The notes beneath the pieces are model-generated. The model was given only the letters and a program-made list of their open reading frames with translations, searched no databases and had not been told where the DNA came from. A stretch of DNA of 64,000 bases from Octopus bimaculoides (lineage: Eukaryota), in NCBI RefSeq assembly GCF_001194135.2, contig NC_068990.1:69119720-69183719 (forward strand). The letters are read 5' to 3'. Positions 62,661-64,000 of this stretch are shown here, piece by piece (position 1 is the stretch's first letter; each line of letters starts with the position of its first letter). Made by a program: the position numbers and the translations under genes.

Positions 62661-63894
62661 TTTGCACTATTAATGTTTAGTTACATTTTTTTTTTCCAAA
62701 GAACTTCTCTCAACTTCTCTCAAAAGTTATGGGAATGTATGTAGGCATGTGAGTATGTATAATGTATGTGCGTATGTATACTTATGTATGTATATACTTA
62801 AATGTATATATTCATGTTTATCTATATATTTATGCATATATGCATGCGTGTAAGTACATATGTTTATATACACATGGGGAACTGGGGTCCCTTTCGGTCT
62901 GCACTACCCATGGGTTTCTACACAGGGCATGTTTCTCTCTAAGCTTCATTTTCCGGGCAATCTTACTTTTTTGTAACACAAACAGTGGCGCGTGCATTTT
63001 AGTTTCCTCTTTCGCTCTTCCTATGTTGTCCAAGAGAGTGCCAGGGCCGATAGAGTTTGGTACCAATGTCGTCAAAGGTGTTGCCATCAAAACGTAAAAA
63101 GCAGGAACAGAGGTTGTTCCAACAGTTGATCTTTCGTCTTGAACCTTACTTGCTTTTACATACATATGTATACGCGCACATACACACACACACACACATA
63201 CACATACACATATATATATACACGCATCATACTCGTACATATACACACATATACACATATACATATATACATACATATTTTCATACATATGCACATATGC
63301 GCATGCAAACATACGCATATATATATATATATATATATACATACACATCACCTCACATATGTACATAATACATACATACATACCTATGCTTGTTTAATAA
63401 ATCGAGAAGTATTTATTATACATTTTTTCATTTATTATATATAGGAAAATGAATGGGTTATTTCTCATGGCTAGGAAAATGAATGGGTTATTTACCTTGG
63501 CGGGTAATGGTTATATATGTGCATCCCTTCTAGGGACAGAAGCCATCCAATTATAGATTTTTATTAAACTTCAATGAGCCTAGTAACAAACCGGATGCTA
63601 CTTTAGCATGTTTGCAAAGTTTCACGAAAATTCGTTAACAGGATGTAGACGCCAACTTGGGACAAACAGACAACTTGCTTTATATATGTACAAGATATAT
63701 ATGGGTTAGGAGGATACCGGAGGAAGGTGAAATTAAATAAAATTAATACGAAATAAAATAAGATGATATGTCGTAGGAAGCAGGGAGGTATGGTGAGGAC
63801 TAATTTTTTGTAACAGATGTATGGATATATGTATGTCATTATTTAGTTTTATTTTAAGATTTGTTGCCGATAGAGAAAAAGCCTGTTTCTGATG

Positions 63895-63978
63895 TATGTA
63901 TGTATGTATGTATGTATGTATGTATGTATGTATGTATGTATGTATGTATGTATGAATGTATGTATGTATGTATGTATA
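63895..63978 (+). repeat. (ATGT)n microsatellite
   Basis: Direct reading. Confidence 0.95.
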
Positions 63979-64000
63979 TTTACCTATATATATATATATA

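Overview
AT-rich eukaryotic (animal) genomic DNA from a gapped short-read scaffold. The N-gaps of any size are almost all bordered by microsatellites, and one contig edge carries an untrimmed Illumina adapter. The SINE families and repeat landscape look like an octopus (coleoid cephalopod); this is inference. The window is dominated by microsatellites and decayed mobile elements: two full-length DD34D mariners, a Tc1 remnant, a 129-bp foldback MITE, Tx1/L1-clade LINE pieces, an ORF1 (CCHC) internally deleted Tx1-like element, Penelope-like RT remnants, an R4/Dong-like 3' end, an RTE-like 5' UTR, at least three tRNA-derived SINE families and an unclassified ~550-590-bp (AAT)n-associated repeat. 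No intact transposase or RT, tRNA, rRNA or CRISPR array was found. Several short open frames have good splice signals and may be exons of an unidentified host gene, but I could not name a product and confidence is low. The most interesting signals are (1) minimal hammerhead-ribozyme-like cores in short tandem or dispersed repeats, in a window that also holds Penelope-like RT remnants, (2) the ORF1-retaining Tx1 derivative sharing a 3' UTR motif with a Tx1 LINE in the window, and (3) chains of different retroposons linked by (TAA)n arrays together with an R4/Dong-like tail.
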